Shown here piece by piece: positions 13,061-26,500 of a stretch of 64,000 nt of DNA. Each line of letters starts with the position of its first letter. The first letter of the stretch is position 1. The notes under the pieces were generated by a model, which made no database searches, had not been told where the DNA came from, and saw nothing but the letters and a program-made list of their open reading frames with translations. The position numbers and the translations under genes are program-made. Source of the DNA: Centruroides vittatus (taxonomy: Eukaryota); NCBI RefSeq assembly GCF_030686945.1, contig NW_027122708.1:5866248-5930247 (forward strand). The letters run 5' to 3'.

Positions 13061-13595
13061 TACAGTCAAACCTGTTTTTATGCGCTCTTTTTATGTGCGA
13101 TTTTTATTTGTGCGATTTTTTTAATGCGAATTTTTAATTTGTGCGGTTTTTTTTTGTGCGATTTTTTATTTGTGCGGTATAGTTGGCGACTAGTCTCGTG
13201 CGATTCGTCATGTCTCACGTTGACTTATCATAGCTAAATAAACTTATTATAGCATAAATGCACTTATTATAGTAATATTATTGCATGAATATGCGAAAAA
13301 TGAAATTATTTACTTTTTAAGTCAACAAAACACCACCTGGACAAAAATATGTAAAACAGACAATAGATCAGATGATGCAGTCAAGTGCTGACATCTGTTG
13401 TCAATAAATTCTATTTCGTATGGTTTCGAGTTATTTTCTACGTGAGACTTTTTTTATGCGGTCCCTATTCACCGCATTAAAAAATATTTTTTTAATTGTG
13501 TTGCGAAAACTATTTTTTATAGCCCCTCGTGAAGTTTCGTGCAATTTTTTTTAATGCGGTCCCTATCCCCCGCATAAAAACAGGTTTGACTGTAT
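13061..13595. mobile_element. Non-autonomous Tc1/mariner-type element (MITE) with perfect 24-bp TIRs TACAGTCAAACCTGTTTTTATGCG, a TA flank, and subterminal TGTGCGATTTTT tandem repeats
   Basis: The 5' end is tacagtcaaacctgtttttatgcg. The 3' end is cgcataaaaacaggtttgactgta. The internal content is non-coding and AT-rich, with six or more copies of (t)gtgcg(a/g)ttttt. Confidence 0.8.
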
Positions 13596-14101
13596 TTAAC
13601 AATATTTCAATTTAATTAAGAGCACTTTTAATTATTAATTTAAGATAATTTATTAATTCATTAAAAAATGAAAATAATAATAGGCTACAAAATAAAACAC
13701 AGTGGACTAAAATTACAGAATGACCTCAAATTATACCCAAATCTAGTGAAAAAAAATAAATTAATAATAATAATATATCCAAAAACAAATAGCCTTCAGC
13801 TATCATCAATGTTCAAAGTTACATTCTATTTTCAAACACTACACCAGAACCTGATGATGATAGCTGGCTATTAAAAACATTTGTTTTTGGAAAAATATTA
13901 CCTTTTTTTTTTTTACTGAATTTTAGTTTAATTTGAGGTCATTCATAATTTATCCAGTTTTTGTGGTGGTTGTATTATAAAATCACAAATATTTCATTTC
14001 CCAAGCTACTGTTAGTTTATATTAACTAAGAAAGCACTACAAATTCTTAATTATAAATCTGATAAATGATAAAAATTTAAATTAAACAATGTCTTCTTTA
14101 C

Positions 14102-14279
14102 CTTATTAATAAGTGAACCCTTCAATGCTGCACATTCATGATCAAAGCAAGATAATATATCACATATTATCAATGTTCTTCCTTGAATGGGATTAACATT
14201 TCGACGTGCAGCTATTTCTACAGCAGAATCAATAGCATGTTTATACTTCTTTAATAAACTTTCATCAAAATTTTTTAAC
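14102..14279 (-). CDS. Ro60: Ro60-like exon (…LKNFDESLLKKYKHAIDSAVEIAARRNVNPIQGRTLIICDILSCFDHECAALKGSLINK), start of vWA domain
   Basis: A tttatttatag acceptor and a gtaaag donor flank the exon. It aligns to Ro60 …[48 protein letters not shown]. Phase is compatible with the 10870..11025 exon. Confidence 0.65.
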
Positions 14280-14424
14280 CTATAAATAAACATATAATTA
14301 TAGTATAGATTACAGCTTAGAAATTATTAAATTATTTAATCTGCTCTCATCCTTTCAATATTTTAAATCATTAACATCAATTTTTGAAAAATAAAATTTT
14401 AAAATAATATTAAATAGCTAACAA

Positions 14425-14535
14425 CGTTCACAGAACCAATAACCAGTGTGCACAGAAGCAAAAATTAATGTAAATGTTTTCAAACTCCACCAGGGTTCTT
14501 CTTCAGGAGTTATAACAAACACCAGATGGAATGTC
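14425..14535. repeat. Solo copy of the roughly 150-bp repeat that forms the inverted arms around PLE copy c
   Basis: gaaccaataaccagtgtgcacagaagc…ttttcaaactccaccagggttcttcttcagg matches aaaccgataaccagtgcgaac…ttttcactgcccctcctgggctcttcctcagg at 21885-21960. Confidence 0.55.
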
Positions 14536-17500
14536 ATAAAAGCTTTTTTTTTTGGTTCTGAGTGCATTGTTAACTATATCCCGATGTGTAGTGTAGTTTA
14601 ATATTAAATAGCATTAGAATGTTGATTGCATTCCTTAAACAACAGTACATTTCTTTGTTTACAGTTAATTATAATTAATAGGACAAGCCAAAGTTATATA
14701 AGAAATTTTTCTAAATTAAATAAAATTATAATCATTCATATTAAAAACAATGTACTATAAAGAAATGCAACAATTATGATATATATTTAATTAAAGGAAA
14801 CAATGTTATTTAAATCATTAATTTCATATTTAAACAAATGATTTACCTATTCATTTGTATATCTTATAAATATTAATAAATTAATTTTGCTACACAGCTA
14901 ACAAATTCAATTCAAATATTAATAAATATGAACATAAATAAATGTTGATTGTTGTATTTGAATAATTAAACAAACACAAATATAAATATTTAACCAAATT
15001 ATTTAATTTTAAATATATGAAATATATATTTTATGTAATGAATATAATGATTGTAATTAACAAAAACATTTTAAATATATACAGTATATTTATATCATCA
15101 TTGAATATTCTTTTACTTATTTCACAATCATTTATATTTTGTTGCACTTAATCTAGTTTCAAACTTTCTGACTCTCTTCCACATAATTCAATTGTGAAGG
15201 ACAGGATCTGAACACTCATCAAAATTTACCCCAAAAATTGTTGGAATAAAAAAAAAATCCCCAAAACCCCAAAAAAGACAAAATATTTTCATTTAAAGTT
15301 ACTCTATGACAAAAACTGATAAACAACATAAGTCCTAAGATTAACCATCACGGTTTGGTATCAGATTTTGGCATCAAATTAAATGTTGATGTCAACCTCT
15401 CTTTTAGCCCAAGTTGGTCTCAAATTTTCCCTGGAAACTGGTACAAGACCAATGTGAAAGTGTAGACAGGAATTGGGACCAACAAAATGAAAATGAGCAA
15501 AGGGCTGAACAGATATAAACCCATTTCTCAAGAACACAAGGTTCCTTCTCAAAAAGTTCTTTTTCAACAAAAGTTCTTGTTCCTCTCAATCCATTCCATG
15601 TTTTTTTCTCTTTTAGGTCTCTTACAGACCAGGTGTCTTTCACTCAGGTTCTTAGCATCTTTGTGCAGTTAACAACATACCAGTCTCTCTCTTGACCAGC
15701 AGATAAGACCATCATCCTTTTTCCTCAATCTTTGTAACTCCTAATACTATCTTATATTCTCATCAGGTTTTAAATTCAACAGAACAGCTAACATATAAAT
15801 GCATAAATTCTAGATTGCATAAATGAACTAATAAATATCCAAGAAAAATAGAATAATCACTCAAATTATACTCCTACTGGTTTTTTTTATTTTCTTTTAG
15901 TGAATAAAAACAGTAGAAGATTGTGTTTCTAATAAGAGCATGGACATGTAACATGTAGAACCTCAATGTCACTAAATTCACAGCAAACAAAATGCAACAA
16001 AGCTCAAAACACCTCTTTAACCTGGGACACAAAGAAATCAGAATTCTTCATGTACTAGGACAGTGTTTTAGTGACTTTCATTTTGAGTGACATTAATTGT
16101 CTATCAAAGACTTAAAACCTAAATTCTTTAATTTAGAAGCTTGTAACATGGATGACCATACTGAGGACTCTAAGAACTCTCTCTCTCCAATAATCAGTGT
16201 ATGTTTACAAGAATACCTTGCCTCAGTGTCCATACCACTCTACATACACCATTTCACCCTTCGGTGTCATCCTAAACAGTTGATACTCTCACTCTCTCTC
16301 AAGAAAGTTTCTCTGTAGTTTGATATTGGGACCATGAACAGCTTCATAGCAGTCCTCGCACAATGCTGGTTATATCATCATCACATATACAAAATTAAAA
16401 TAAGTCTTCCTGAAACATGTCTTGTTGTAAACTTAAAAAATTAAATAATTTATCAAACATTTTTCATTCCAAATTATTAGCAGTTACTCAGAGGAATTTT
16501 AAACAAAGTAAAATTTCAAGAATAATGCATTTAAAACATTTTTGTTATCTTCATGTGAATATCATCTTTTAACTTGTAACATGAGAGTAAAAATTATTAA
16601 TAATAATTAGTATTAGTTTTTATACCTTTGCAGAATTTTATTTTCCAATTTTTCTTTCCAGGTAGGAAGTGCTTGTTTTCTTTGAACTAAATAAGTTGTT
16701 GGTCTTTTTGATTTCAGTAAATCAGATTCAAGCAATGACTGCAATTCTTGAATTGCTTGATAAGCAGCAAAAAATCTCAAAGGAAACTGTTTACTTTTTA
16801 TCACTGCTTTCTAAAATAAAAAAAAAAAAGTATTTACTTAGTTCTACTGAAACTGCAATTATTAAAAATGACTTATTAACCACTTTTCCAACTGTATAAC
16901 ATTTATTCTTGTGTACCAAGTTACACTCTAAGCAAATATTCAGCTCTGTTCAGGGCCCACTTCAGACTTACGTCAAAGAAAACTGAAAGCAAACCGAAAA
17001 CTTTATGTTTAAGGTTCCTACTTAAATCTTTGTTTTAAATTCCATGACTTTCCCTGACTTCCCCTGATCAACTTTGTACAAACTCCCTGACCCTCACATC
17101 CCTTACAGTAAGGCACATTGACAAAATAAAACAGCATTTAACTTACTATGCACATATGCTATTGCTTCTCCAACTTTTTAATTAGTTATTTTTTTCTAAT
17201 TAACAGTTATATATTTCTTATAATTGCTGAATTATTAAAACTGAGAAAAAAAACATTTTATTAAATTAGTTTGTCATGTTATTAATCCACAACCATAAAT
17301 CTACATGGCTTTGAAAAAAAAACCATTATTTATTATTCATTAACAAATCCTGTATAATACATGTACAAAAATATATATTTATTAAATGTATCCCTTAATA
17401 AGTTTCCTGAACTTTATAAAATATTAATAAACTGGAAAAAAAATCAGAAATCGTTTTGTTATGCATTCAAAATTCTTAAAATGAAAAATGAAATAAATAA

Positions 17501-18004
17501 TTTTAATTTAAATATTATCATTTTTTCTATCAGTTCATTAACACCTGACCTCAAATTGAGAGTGTAAATGGTAATTGTTAAAGATTTGAAGATTTCAAAA
17601 ATTTTTTTATTAATGTTAGTTTATTAAGTGAATTACAGACTTTTTTCTCAAATTCTTAGTACTGCATAATTAACACAGTTAAACAGTATTTCAAAGTCCA
17701 CACCGATTAGACATAATACTAGATGTATACCCTCTCAGATAGTATTAAAGGCTTTTTTATAATGCAAGTACTTCAACAATATAAAATCACTATCATCAGG
17801 GTAATGAATGTTTCAAATTTAGAACAGAATGTCACCAAGTACAGTATGATATCCTCAGCATTTAAATATTCTAAACATTTCAATTTCACAGCAGAATTTG
17901 AGGCTCATGAGTATGAGAAAAAATGAAATTTGAAATAAAAGGCAAACAAGAACAAAAAGGTGCAACGGAATTTTCAAAAGATTTTTTTATGAAATAAGTT
18001 CATG

Positions 18005-18365
18005 GTGCGTTATAACATGAACAACTAGGGTTATGTGGCATCATGGTTGAAAAATTTAAAAAGTGCAATCTACAAGTTAGGAAGCTCAAGTGTGAATGTA
18101 TTGCACAAGCACAAAACGGAAGTGAGGAGGGTTTCCCAAATAAATAATGTCCTACAATTAGTGCAACCCTGAGGAGAGTGGTTTGAGTGCACAAGAGATT
18201 GAAATTAGACTGCACGACTTTTCTGATCAGTTCTATAGAATATCTACATTTTACAATATCCTTCCTCATTTCCATGTTGTGCCCATGCAAGACATCTCAC
18301 ATTTGAGCTTCCTAACTTGTAGATTGCACTTTTTAAATTTTTCAACCATGTTGTCACACTATCCT
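18005..18365. repeat. Diverged inverted repeat (arms about 18040-18100 and 18295-18350) with a 200-bp spacer; MITE-like
   Basis: ggttgaaaaatttaaaaagtgcaatctacaagttaggaagctcaagtgtga is the reverse complement of tcacatttgagcttcctaacttgtagattgcactttttaaatttttcaacc. Confidence 0.6.
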
Positions 18366-18709
18366 AGTCATGCCATAAAAAAATGTTTTGAGAGTTCCAT
18401 TGTACCTTTTGTTTTTGTTTGCCTCTTATTTCAAACTTTGTTCTTTCTTGTACCCATTAGTCTTGAATTCCACTGTGAAATTTAAATATTTAGAATATTT
18501 AAATGTTGAGGATATTGTACTGCATGTAATGACATTCTGTTCCAAATTCAAAACATTCATTAGCCTGATGATGATAATTTTGTATCGTTGAAAGTACTTG
18601 TGTTATAAAAAAGATTTAAAAGATATTAAAGACTTTTTTATAACACAAGTACTTTCAATGATCTAACAGTGTATGCATCTAGTATTATAATTAATACAAC
18701 TACAGTAGA

Positions 18710-19025
18710 GCATCGATTATCTGACTTAATTGGGGACTGGGTTGGTCGGATAACTGAAAAGTCGGATAACCGAAAAGTATGAAAAAATACATTATTAGTA
18801 TAGTGCATTAGGCCTGGTTTAAATACTAGCCTCTCTTTCATGGTCGAGCCAGTGCTGCCAGCTAAAACATGCAAAAATTTAACAAAAATAATATTAAGTA
18901 GCCAAGACATAACCAAATATTGTAGCTCCACATCACTAGCGGACATTTGAATTTGCCTACTAGAACGCGGTTGGTTAACCGAGAAGTCAGTTAATCGGGG
19001 GTCGGATAATCGATGCTCTACTGTA
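18710..19025. mobile_element. MITE of the TACAGTAGAG-terminus family (diverged copy), with TA flanks
   Basis: It starts tacagtagagcatcgattatc… and ends …gataatcgatgctctactgta. Internal sequence is shared with copies at 39042 and 62684 (ggggactgggttggtcggataac…cggataa). Confidence 0.7.
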
Positions 19026-19189
19026 TTTTAAAATCTAAAAGTGACAATTGATTTTGCTGTATGTTATATTTGGGACTTAGTATGATCCCCATTGTTCTGC
19101 AATGCTCTCCTCCCTGTTGCATTTTATAATTATTCTTCATATAAACAATCAATATTAAATAATATATGCCTACTGGAGCTAAATAAACT

Positions 19190-19656
19190 ATAAATGATAT
19201 AAATAACACCTTTTTAACAATCCAGCAAATGTTTAATTCGTTAAAAAAAAACATTTTCGACCAATTTCAGTGGTCTTCATCACTGATTCTAAAGTTAAAA
19301 GAATAAAGCATTCGAAATTTACAAAAAACAAAAATAAACAAAAATAAACTCAAATGTGGTTGCGCAGATCAACGGAAATGCACTTATGGGTTAATCAAAA
19401 TTATAAAAATAAATATAAAAAAAAATACAACAACTAAATATAAATAAATAATAGTGCCATCCAAGAAGATACATCTATTAACTTGTATTAATATTAAAGG
19501 ACTGCCAGGCAGTGGATAATCCATCAGCATCCTTGTGATTGATGCATTCTGTGGTTACATGTGCCTTGTGTGGTTACATGTGCCATTTTTTCAAGATGCT
19601 TTTTTCAAATTAAACATTTGCTGGATTGTTAAAAAGGTGTTATTTATATCATTTAT
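19190..19656. repeat. Inverted repeat pair (50-bp arms 19190-19240 and 19606-19656); MITE-like
   Basis: The 50-bp segment aattaaacatttgctggattgttaaaaaggtgttatttatatcatttata is present in both orientations. Confidence 0.6.
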
Positions 19657-21854
19657 AACAATCAATATTAGATTTTTGTCATTAACTGAAATTTTTGAGC
19701 CTTATAAACATTTGTTCTGAAGTCATTATCATAAACGTCATAAATAAATAATGCATTTTTGAATGTCAAAGTCTGTTAATTACTGTCTATGCTAAAAATA
19801 AAAACCATTCATGATGCTAACTTCAATTTTATTTCTATTAATCAACATATTGCAACAAGTTTACAATTGTACAGTACATGCTAGTCTACGACGATGATAA
19901 GTTCTAAAATTAAAGTGTTATTTTAATCTAAAATATTTTAATGTTAACTTATCAGTTTAGTGTTACATGGCAAATTGTATGTTAGGCCTATTTAATTATA
20001 TGTACAATTTAATTTGAATTTTCCAAACTATAATAATAATTAATGGGTTTGTAAATTACGGTTTTATTTTGTGCACAATAATTTTTGGGGAAATTTTGTG
20101 TACATTTGGTAGAATTTTGGATTCTGAAAATATTCTGCACCCCTTTTCATAAGTTGCATTGTACCACAGTATTTCTTGCTTCCTGCATATGGGTACACTT
20201 AGTCATTGTATAGTAGTGTATTGTGAGCAAAAATATCAACAAGGCAGACAAGGAGGCAATTCCCCGACTTTTTGACAATTTTTGACAAATTTCCTGACTT
20301 TTCCTGATTTTCCAGGTGCATAGGAATGTATGTTTCTGTATGTTTCAAATTGCAGAATGTTTTAAATATGTTGTTTTATGTCACTGCTCTAACAGACTTT
20401 ATTTTTTGATATTAAAGTTGGTTACAAAAATTCTCATCATCAATCCCTCAGAAGTTATAACAATTCATACAAAATAAATATGGTAAAAAATATTTTATAA
20501 ATATTATATTCTAACAGTCAGTTGTAGCCTCATATAAAATTTGCCATTTTATGTTTTTCCCCTAATTCATGTGATAATGGGTGGATCCCACAGCTTGTGT
20601 TCTTGCAGTTCATGTGATTTTCCTTGATGGTAGTCTTAAAAATTTCCCAAGTTTCTAGTGTTCCGAGTTTTTGCACATTAAAACTTGTTTAATTAATTTT
20701 GCTTCCTCCCAGTTGACTGTTATACCAGGATCATTTGTGTACTGGGCTAGTACTGTCGATAGTTTGTTGTGCTCAGTTCTCAGCTTGCTCTTGGAATTTC
20801 CTTGATGTAAACCTACAGCGTGCCCTACAAAAACATTTGCTTCAAGTATAATTCAGTACACAAGAATAAATGTTATACAGCTGGAAAAGTGTGCAAGATT
20901 GTTTGTAAGTCATTTTTTACAAAGTATTTAAAATTTTAAAAACTTTTTACAAATAAGTTTTAAATCATTACATTTTAAATTTATGAAATTTAACAATTAT
21001 TTGTTCTTTAGTAGAAATTCTTATATACATAAATTAGACTATTGTAGTCATTTATAGTGTATTGTGATCAATTTATATCATATATATGCAAATTATATTG
21101 TCTAAAAATGTATAATTTGCAAATTTATTACAGTAAAGCATGTGAAAGTGTAAGATATGCTGTAAAATTAATAACCACACAGGTCATACTTAGATTGCTG
21201 GAAGTTGTCATTGTACCTAAATATGGCAAAAGCACTGCACTGTATGCATGATACATAGATAACATAATAATATGGAGGAAACCCAACATCCAACACTTCA
21301 TTAAAAATATTAATTCAAACCTGTAGGGCTTAAAAATAGAATTAGAACAAGAAAATGCTGAGGATGCACATTTCCTGGACATCTTAATCATGCTGAAAGA
21401 ATGGGCTATCACCATATATTTACAGGAAACCAACATATAATCTGCTGTTTGTCATGGGAGGCCCATGGTATATAATCAGCTACAAGCTAGTAACATTTAG
21501 GGCTCTAATAAAAAGAGCCCACATGCACTGTAAGAATGTGCAAGACAGAATATGAGAGCTAGAATACATTAGAGCATTTAGAAGGCAATTTAGAGTCAAA
21601 TATACAACCTTAGCAACTATGATCAACAAGTGCAAGTGTTAAAGAGGTACAATACAAAAGATGAAAAAGCAGGCAGGGTACACAATAGTAGAACATATGG
21701 CATCCTTCTGTAACAAACAGGAAAATAGGAAAAACTACAACAAAGAATAGAATTACTTTTAAAAGGAATTCCACTATTCACAGGCTACTGCATAACAACA
21801 AATTTTAATTTATATTAAGTTATATTCTTGTTTTACTATATTTTTATATATAAA

Positions 21855-22665
21855 TTATATACAAAAAAATTAAATACCTTCTAAAACCGATAACCAGTGC
21901 GAACTATTTTTCGAAATGGTGAACATTTTCACTGCCCCTCCTGGGCTCTTCCTCAGGCCAATTCTGGATTTGATAATCGAACAGCATAAATAAATGGAAC
22001 GTGTTGAGAAGCCTATTGAGAAATGGAAAAGACGCACTTAACCCGTATAGGCTTCCGGGAGTGTATAGTATCCCTCTACAGGACGACAGATGGCAGAAAC
22101 AATTACTGTACATAGGGTCCACTAAACGCCCACTATGCACTAGAATAAAGGAGCATAAATCCGACATTACCCGCCATAAATACACAACGGCATTGTCAAC
22201 GTATGCAGCAAACCCGGATATAACACAGAATTTTAATGAGGCAAAGGTGATCCGCACCACCCAACATCAAGAACATCTGAGAACTCTGGAGGAGATTGAA
22301 ATTTATAAAGCCGATCGCACAACAACATGTATTAATTTCAAAGAAGAAAGGAATCTCTCCACTGCTTGGCAGTTTTTATTGGAAGAAAGGTCGTAAATCA
22401 GTTGACGTCACGCGTATTTATCATAGGAGGCGCACATCGTTTTCCCAAACGGAATAAAAGGAAATTTAAATATTTGGAACGGCACGCGGTTGCCCAACGT
22501 ACTCGATCGTTTAAATTACGGAACACATTCCATTTATTTATGCTGTTCGATTATCAAATCCAGAATTGGCCTGAGGAAGAGCCCAGGAGGGGCAGTGAAA
22601 ACGTTCGCCATTTCGAAAAATAGTTCACACCAGTTATCGGTTTTAGAAGGTATTTAATTTTTTTG
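21855..22665 (+). mobile_element. PLE copy c: a GIY-YIG-domain fragment (22001..22396: LPGVYSIPLQDDRWQKQLLYIGSTKRPLCTRIKEH…) bracketed by 150-bp inverted repeats (21855-22005 and 22521-22665)
   Basis: The GIY-YIG motifs GVYxIPL…YIGxT.R.L..R..EH are present. The flanking arms are reverse complements of each other. The two flanking ORFs end in the identical peptide NTFHLFMLFDYQIQNWPEEEPRRGSENV. Confidence 0.7.
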
Positions 22666-22879
22666 TTTATACAACCCGGTGTGGGAGAAGTGTTAATAAA
22701 TTATATATATATATAAAAATATATATAATGTTAAAAGCAGAAGTCCAGCACATACATTTACAAGCTTTTTGTTGTTCTAAAAACATTAATATTCAAATTA
22801 ACAGTGGCATGTGGTGACATTTGATAATAGGGAAGCTATGTTTCCATAAAAATTTTAAACAAATACTGGAAATGACAAA

Positions 22880-22972
22880 AATAAACAATAAAGAAAAAAT
22901 ATATTTCTCTTTGCAGACAATACATACATAATGTGTCTTTACACTGTATGTCCTTTCTCACGCAGTTGAGGG
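22880..22972. repeat. Left arm of a palindrome split by the LINE insertion (reverse complement of 28045..28137)
   Basis: aataaagaaaaaatatatttctctttgcagacaatacatacataatgtgtctttacactgtatgtcctttctcacgcagttgaggg is the exact reverse complement of ccctcaactgcgtgag…ctgcaaagagaaatatattttttctttatt. Confidence 0.85.
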
Positions 22973-23508
22973 ATACTTTTTTTTTTTACTTTGTAAAACT
23001 CTTTATTTAAAAGCCCTAGTACCGCTAGGCATCACTGGGGTGGAAAACAAAGTATTACACTAGTTACATTGATGTCTTATCAACGATGATAAAGAAGTAA
23101 TTATGTACAGATATACACCAGTGGGGAAGCCACAGTTGAGTGCACTGCATAAACAACTTATACATTGATGTCTTATCGATGAGCAAAGTATTATAATGTA
23201 TAGTTTATACAGCAAATAACATTTACAGCAACAATCACAGCACCAACATGTCCTACAGTGCTGTCTTATCACAGAATATAAACAGAATATAAATGTACAA
23301 ATATACAGCACAATGAAACTACATTAACATTGACAACATAATCAAAGCTGATGGTGATGTCTTAACAGGGATGATTACTCACAGCACAATAACACACAGG
23401 GGTAATGACAACAATTCAATGCATACAATTAGTAAACTAGATTAAGAATATCTTCAAGACACAACACCACTGCACTTGGCAATGGAAGCTGTCTTCGCAG
23501 CACCCTAC

Positions 23509-26500
23509 TTAATTAACTGTAGTCCTTCTGAAGTAAGAGGTGACAAGGTCCCTGAAAGCCTGAAAAAGGTTGTTGTCTTGTAACAACACATGTAAGTCCT
23601 GAGGCCAGTTCCCACTGGACGGCAGCAGGGAGAGAATGGCGCTTCGTTTGTCGTCCAACATCGGGCACTGCAGCAGATAGTGCCTGGCACCATCTGGAAT
23701 ATTGCATAGTTCACAATTCTGTTCAGTTGTTTTGTTGAACCTGAAGAGATAACTATTAAATTTACCGTGCCCGGTATAAAACTGTGTTGTTCTATGTTCA
23801 ATATAATGATGATTACTAGCTGAGACTGTGGGGAAAAAATCCCTTGTAATGCTGTTGGTCCGCAGGTTCCATGTACCCTGCCATAACTCAGTCGCATTCT
23901 CCTTTAGGCTGGAAATTATGTAGTTTTGGGGAGTTGCTGTATAGGTAGGTGTGCCGCTGGAGACAGTTGCGGTGCGGGCAAGCTCGTCCGCTCTCTCATT
24001 TCCAAGGACACCAGCGTGCCCTCTGACCCACACCACCGAAAACCTATTGATGTTTTTGGTCATTTCCCGGAGAATTTCGTTGACTATGGGATGGCCCCAG
24101 TTAAAGTTGTGGATAGCCTGAAGTGATGAACTGGAATCTGTGAACAGGTTGATGTTGGTATTACTTAGCTCCTCGTTACTCCATTTGACTGCTTTCAGGA
24201 TTGCCCAAAGTTCCGCCTGAAACGCAGAGCAAGTATTGCCCAGTCTATCAGAGAAATTATACACTTCCAGGTTGCCATGATACACTACAAACGCACATCC
24301 AACCCCATCATTGTTCTTCGATCCATCAGTAAAGACACTGAAGGACTGATCTGGCCAGGGTTGACCTCCAATGTATGGCCATTCATAGGGAGGGACAGAA
24401 GGGGTACAACTATTTGTACTCTCGATATTGTCAAATATTACTCCGTTTAAAAGGATGTTTTGGCCCTTCCTCATTCTCCATCTTTGTACCGCAATTTCCA
24501 AATGTAATGTCACTGGGAGTTTGCTAGCAATAACTTGCAGGGCAGCAGTTGGAGCCGTCGAATAGGCTCTGCAAATACGCAGCAGGGCCCTCCTCTGGGC
24601 ACTCTGTAATTTTCTGTCAATATGGACTTTCCCTAACCCATCTGCCCAAGCAGGTGCAGCATAGCCAATAATGGGCAGGAACACTGAGTCATAAATAATA
24701 CTCATTATTTCAGGACACAATCCCCACTTTGACTTTGCTACCTTTGACAGTGCATTGAATATCTTGTTTGTCCTATTACATATATATTTGATATGGGGGA
24801 TCCAGCAAAGCTTGTGGCTAATGACAATGCCCAAGTACTTTAGTGATGTTACAACTTTTACACTACTATGCCCCATACGTATAGTAGGTACTCTTCGATA
24901 TAAATGTGGGGCTCTTGGCTTTGTAAAAATAATTCCCTTTGTCTTGTTTGAGTTAAATTCTAGTTTGTTCGTTTCGCCCCAGTCCTTTATTTTTGCCAGA
25001 ATGGAATTAGCCTTTACTTCCATTTCTGCCCGAGAGAAAGCAGCCACCAGTACCATTACGTCATCTGCGTACGCCACTGTCCAGTCATTTCCAAATTTTT
25101 CATTTAAGAATCCGTTGAATAGCAGGTTCCACAAAAATGGGCCCAATACTGAGCCCTGTGGGCAGCCACGAGAAATGTGTCTTGTGTATGTCCTTGAGCC
25201 AACGCAGAGAGTAGATGTGCGGTCCTGCAGGTAACTCCGTAATATATTATATATATAAGCTGGGCACTTACTTTGTTGAAGTCTGAGGAGTACCATAGGC
25301 CACCAGGCAGAGTTAAAAGCTCCCGCAATATCCAAACTTAGTCCTAACACATAGGGGTGGGTAGTTAGCAGTTCTTTAACTTTAGTAGTTACTGATAGAA
25401 TAGCGTCTGTAGTATCATAACCATTGCGGAATCCGTATTGTTGCTCATGAAGATATTTATTTTTATCAATAAACCAAACCGTCCTGTTCAAAATCAACCT
25501 CTCCAAAACTTTTCCCATAATGGGCAACAGAGAAATGTTCCTGTAATCATGTGGTGAAGCAACAGGCGTGTCTCTGACTTTAGGAATGAGTACAAGTCTT
25601 GCCCTCTTCCAGGCCGTTGGAAAGATATTGTACTGAAGGCAATAATTATAGATAACCAGAAAAATTTTTGGTCGATGTTCCCATATTTGCTTTACAATAT
25701 CTGCCGAAATTCCATCGAGGCCTGGGGCCTTACGTGGTGCTAGTCTTTTAATTGCCTCGTTAACTTCCAGTGCCGTAAAGGGTGGTGGACAAGGGCCCTG
25801 AAGAAAAGTTGCAGTTTGATTCCTTATGATTTGCTGTGTTGTGCTGTCCTCTGAAACAATGTCCTCAGGGCGCAGGGTATGTAGTAAAAGATCAATGGTA
25901 TCTTCCATGTTTGCCTCTTTGCCATCTATTCCGCAAAGTCCTGTGAGACAAGTAGCAGTCTTCAGTTTGGAAGCACAACTCTTGTAAATGAATCCCCATG
26001 GATCTGTAGACGCCGACGAGCAAAATTCTCTCCATGATAGAATTTTAGCTTTCTTGATAGCCTGTTTGTAGATGGCTTGGTATTCCAAATAGCGTGATTT
26101 TAAGCTGTCTCTTTCCTCACTCCTACAGTTTTGGTAATTTTTTCTATGTTGTCTGTTAATTTTCCTCATTTCAGCCAGTTCTTCGTTCCACCAGGGGACA
26201 CCATTTTTAGAAGGTCTCCTAAGCGTGAAGCACTCATCACAGGCTTCAGCGATTAAATTAATTTGAGTGTCAATATATTTCACTGCCGAGTCCCTGTCCA
26301 TTATCTCGGGCAAAAGGTCAATACCGTCATCCAAATATCGAAAGAAATGGTCCCAGTCTGCATTCTTAGTATTGTAAACCTTGTTGCTATTAAAAGGTAT
26401 TTTCCCAGTTGTACTGTAGATTTGGAATGTAATGGAATTATGATCAGAGAGAGTATCTGCTATGACTTGCCAATCATGGATTCTGTTCAGAATATCGGGC

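Noticed and set aside
13850-13880. CUGAUGA heptamer (cctgatgatgatagctgg) inside a 200-bp nested palindrome (13727-13932)
   Set aside because: There is no GAAA at HHR spacing and no helix II or helix III closing. The palindrome is explained by simple arm complementarity (gacctcaaatta / ccaaaaacaaat / cagctatcatca pairs).
17040-17100. Short shared motif ttccctgacttcccctgat (17046-17065), also at 20271-20295 (tttcctgacttttcctgattttcc)
   Set aside because: Only about 20 bp are shared and the motif matches no known regulatory element. It is probably a fragment of a dispersed repeat, so it is noted but not interpreted.
20560-20830. Moderately GC-richer segment whose minus-strand translation (…VGLHQGNSKSKLRTEHNKLSTVLAQYTNDPGITVNWEEAKLIKQV) vaguely resembles a LINE RT tail
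   Set aside because: No RT core motifs (FADD/YADD and so on) are present. The similarity is too weak to call.
21880-22000. CUGAGGA…GCAGUGAAAA(U/C)G in the inverted arms of PLE copy c (a CUGANGA-type hammerhead core with a GCCC/GGGC helix II)
   Set aside because: Helix I partner strands are not complementary (aattggc against tcgaaaa) and helix II needs an internal loop. Without a structure search I cannot support it, so it is listed only as a site to test.
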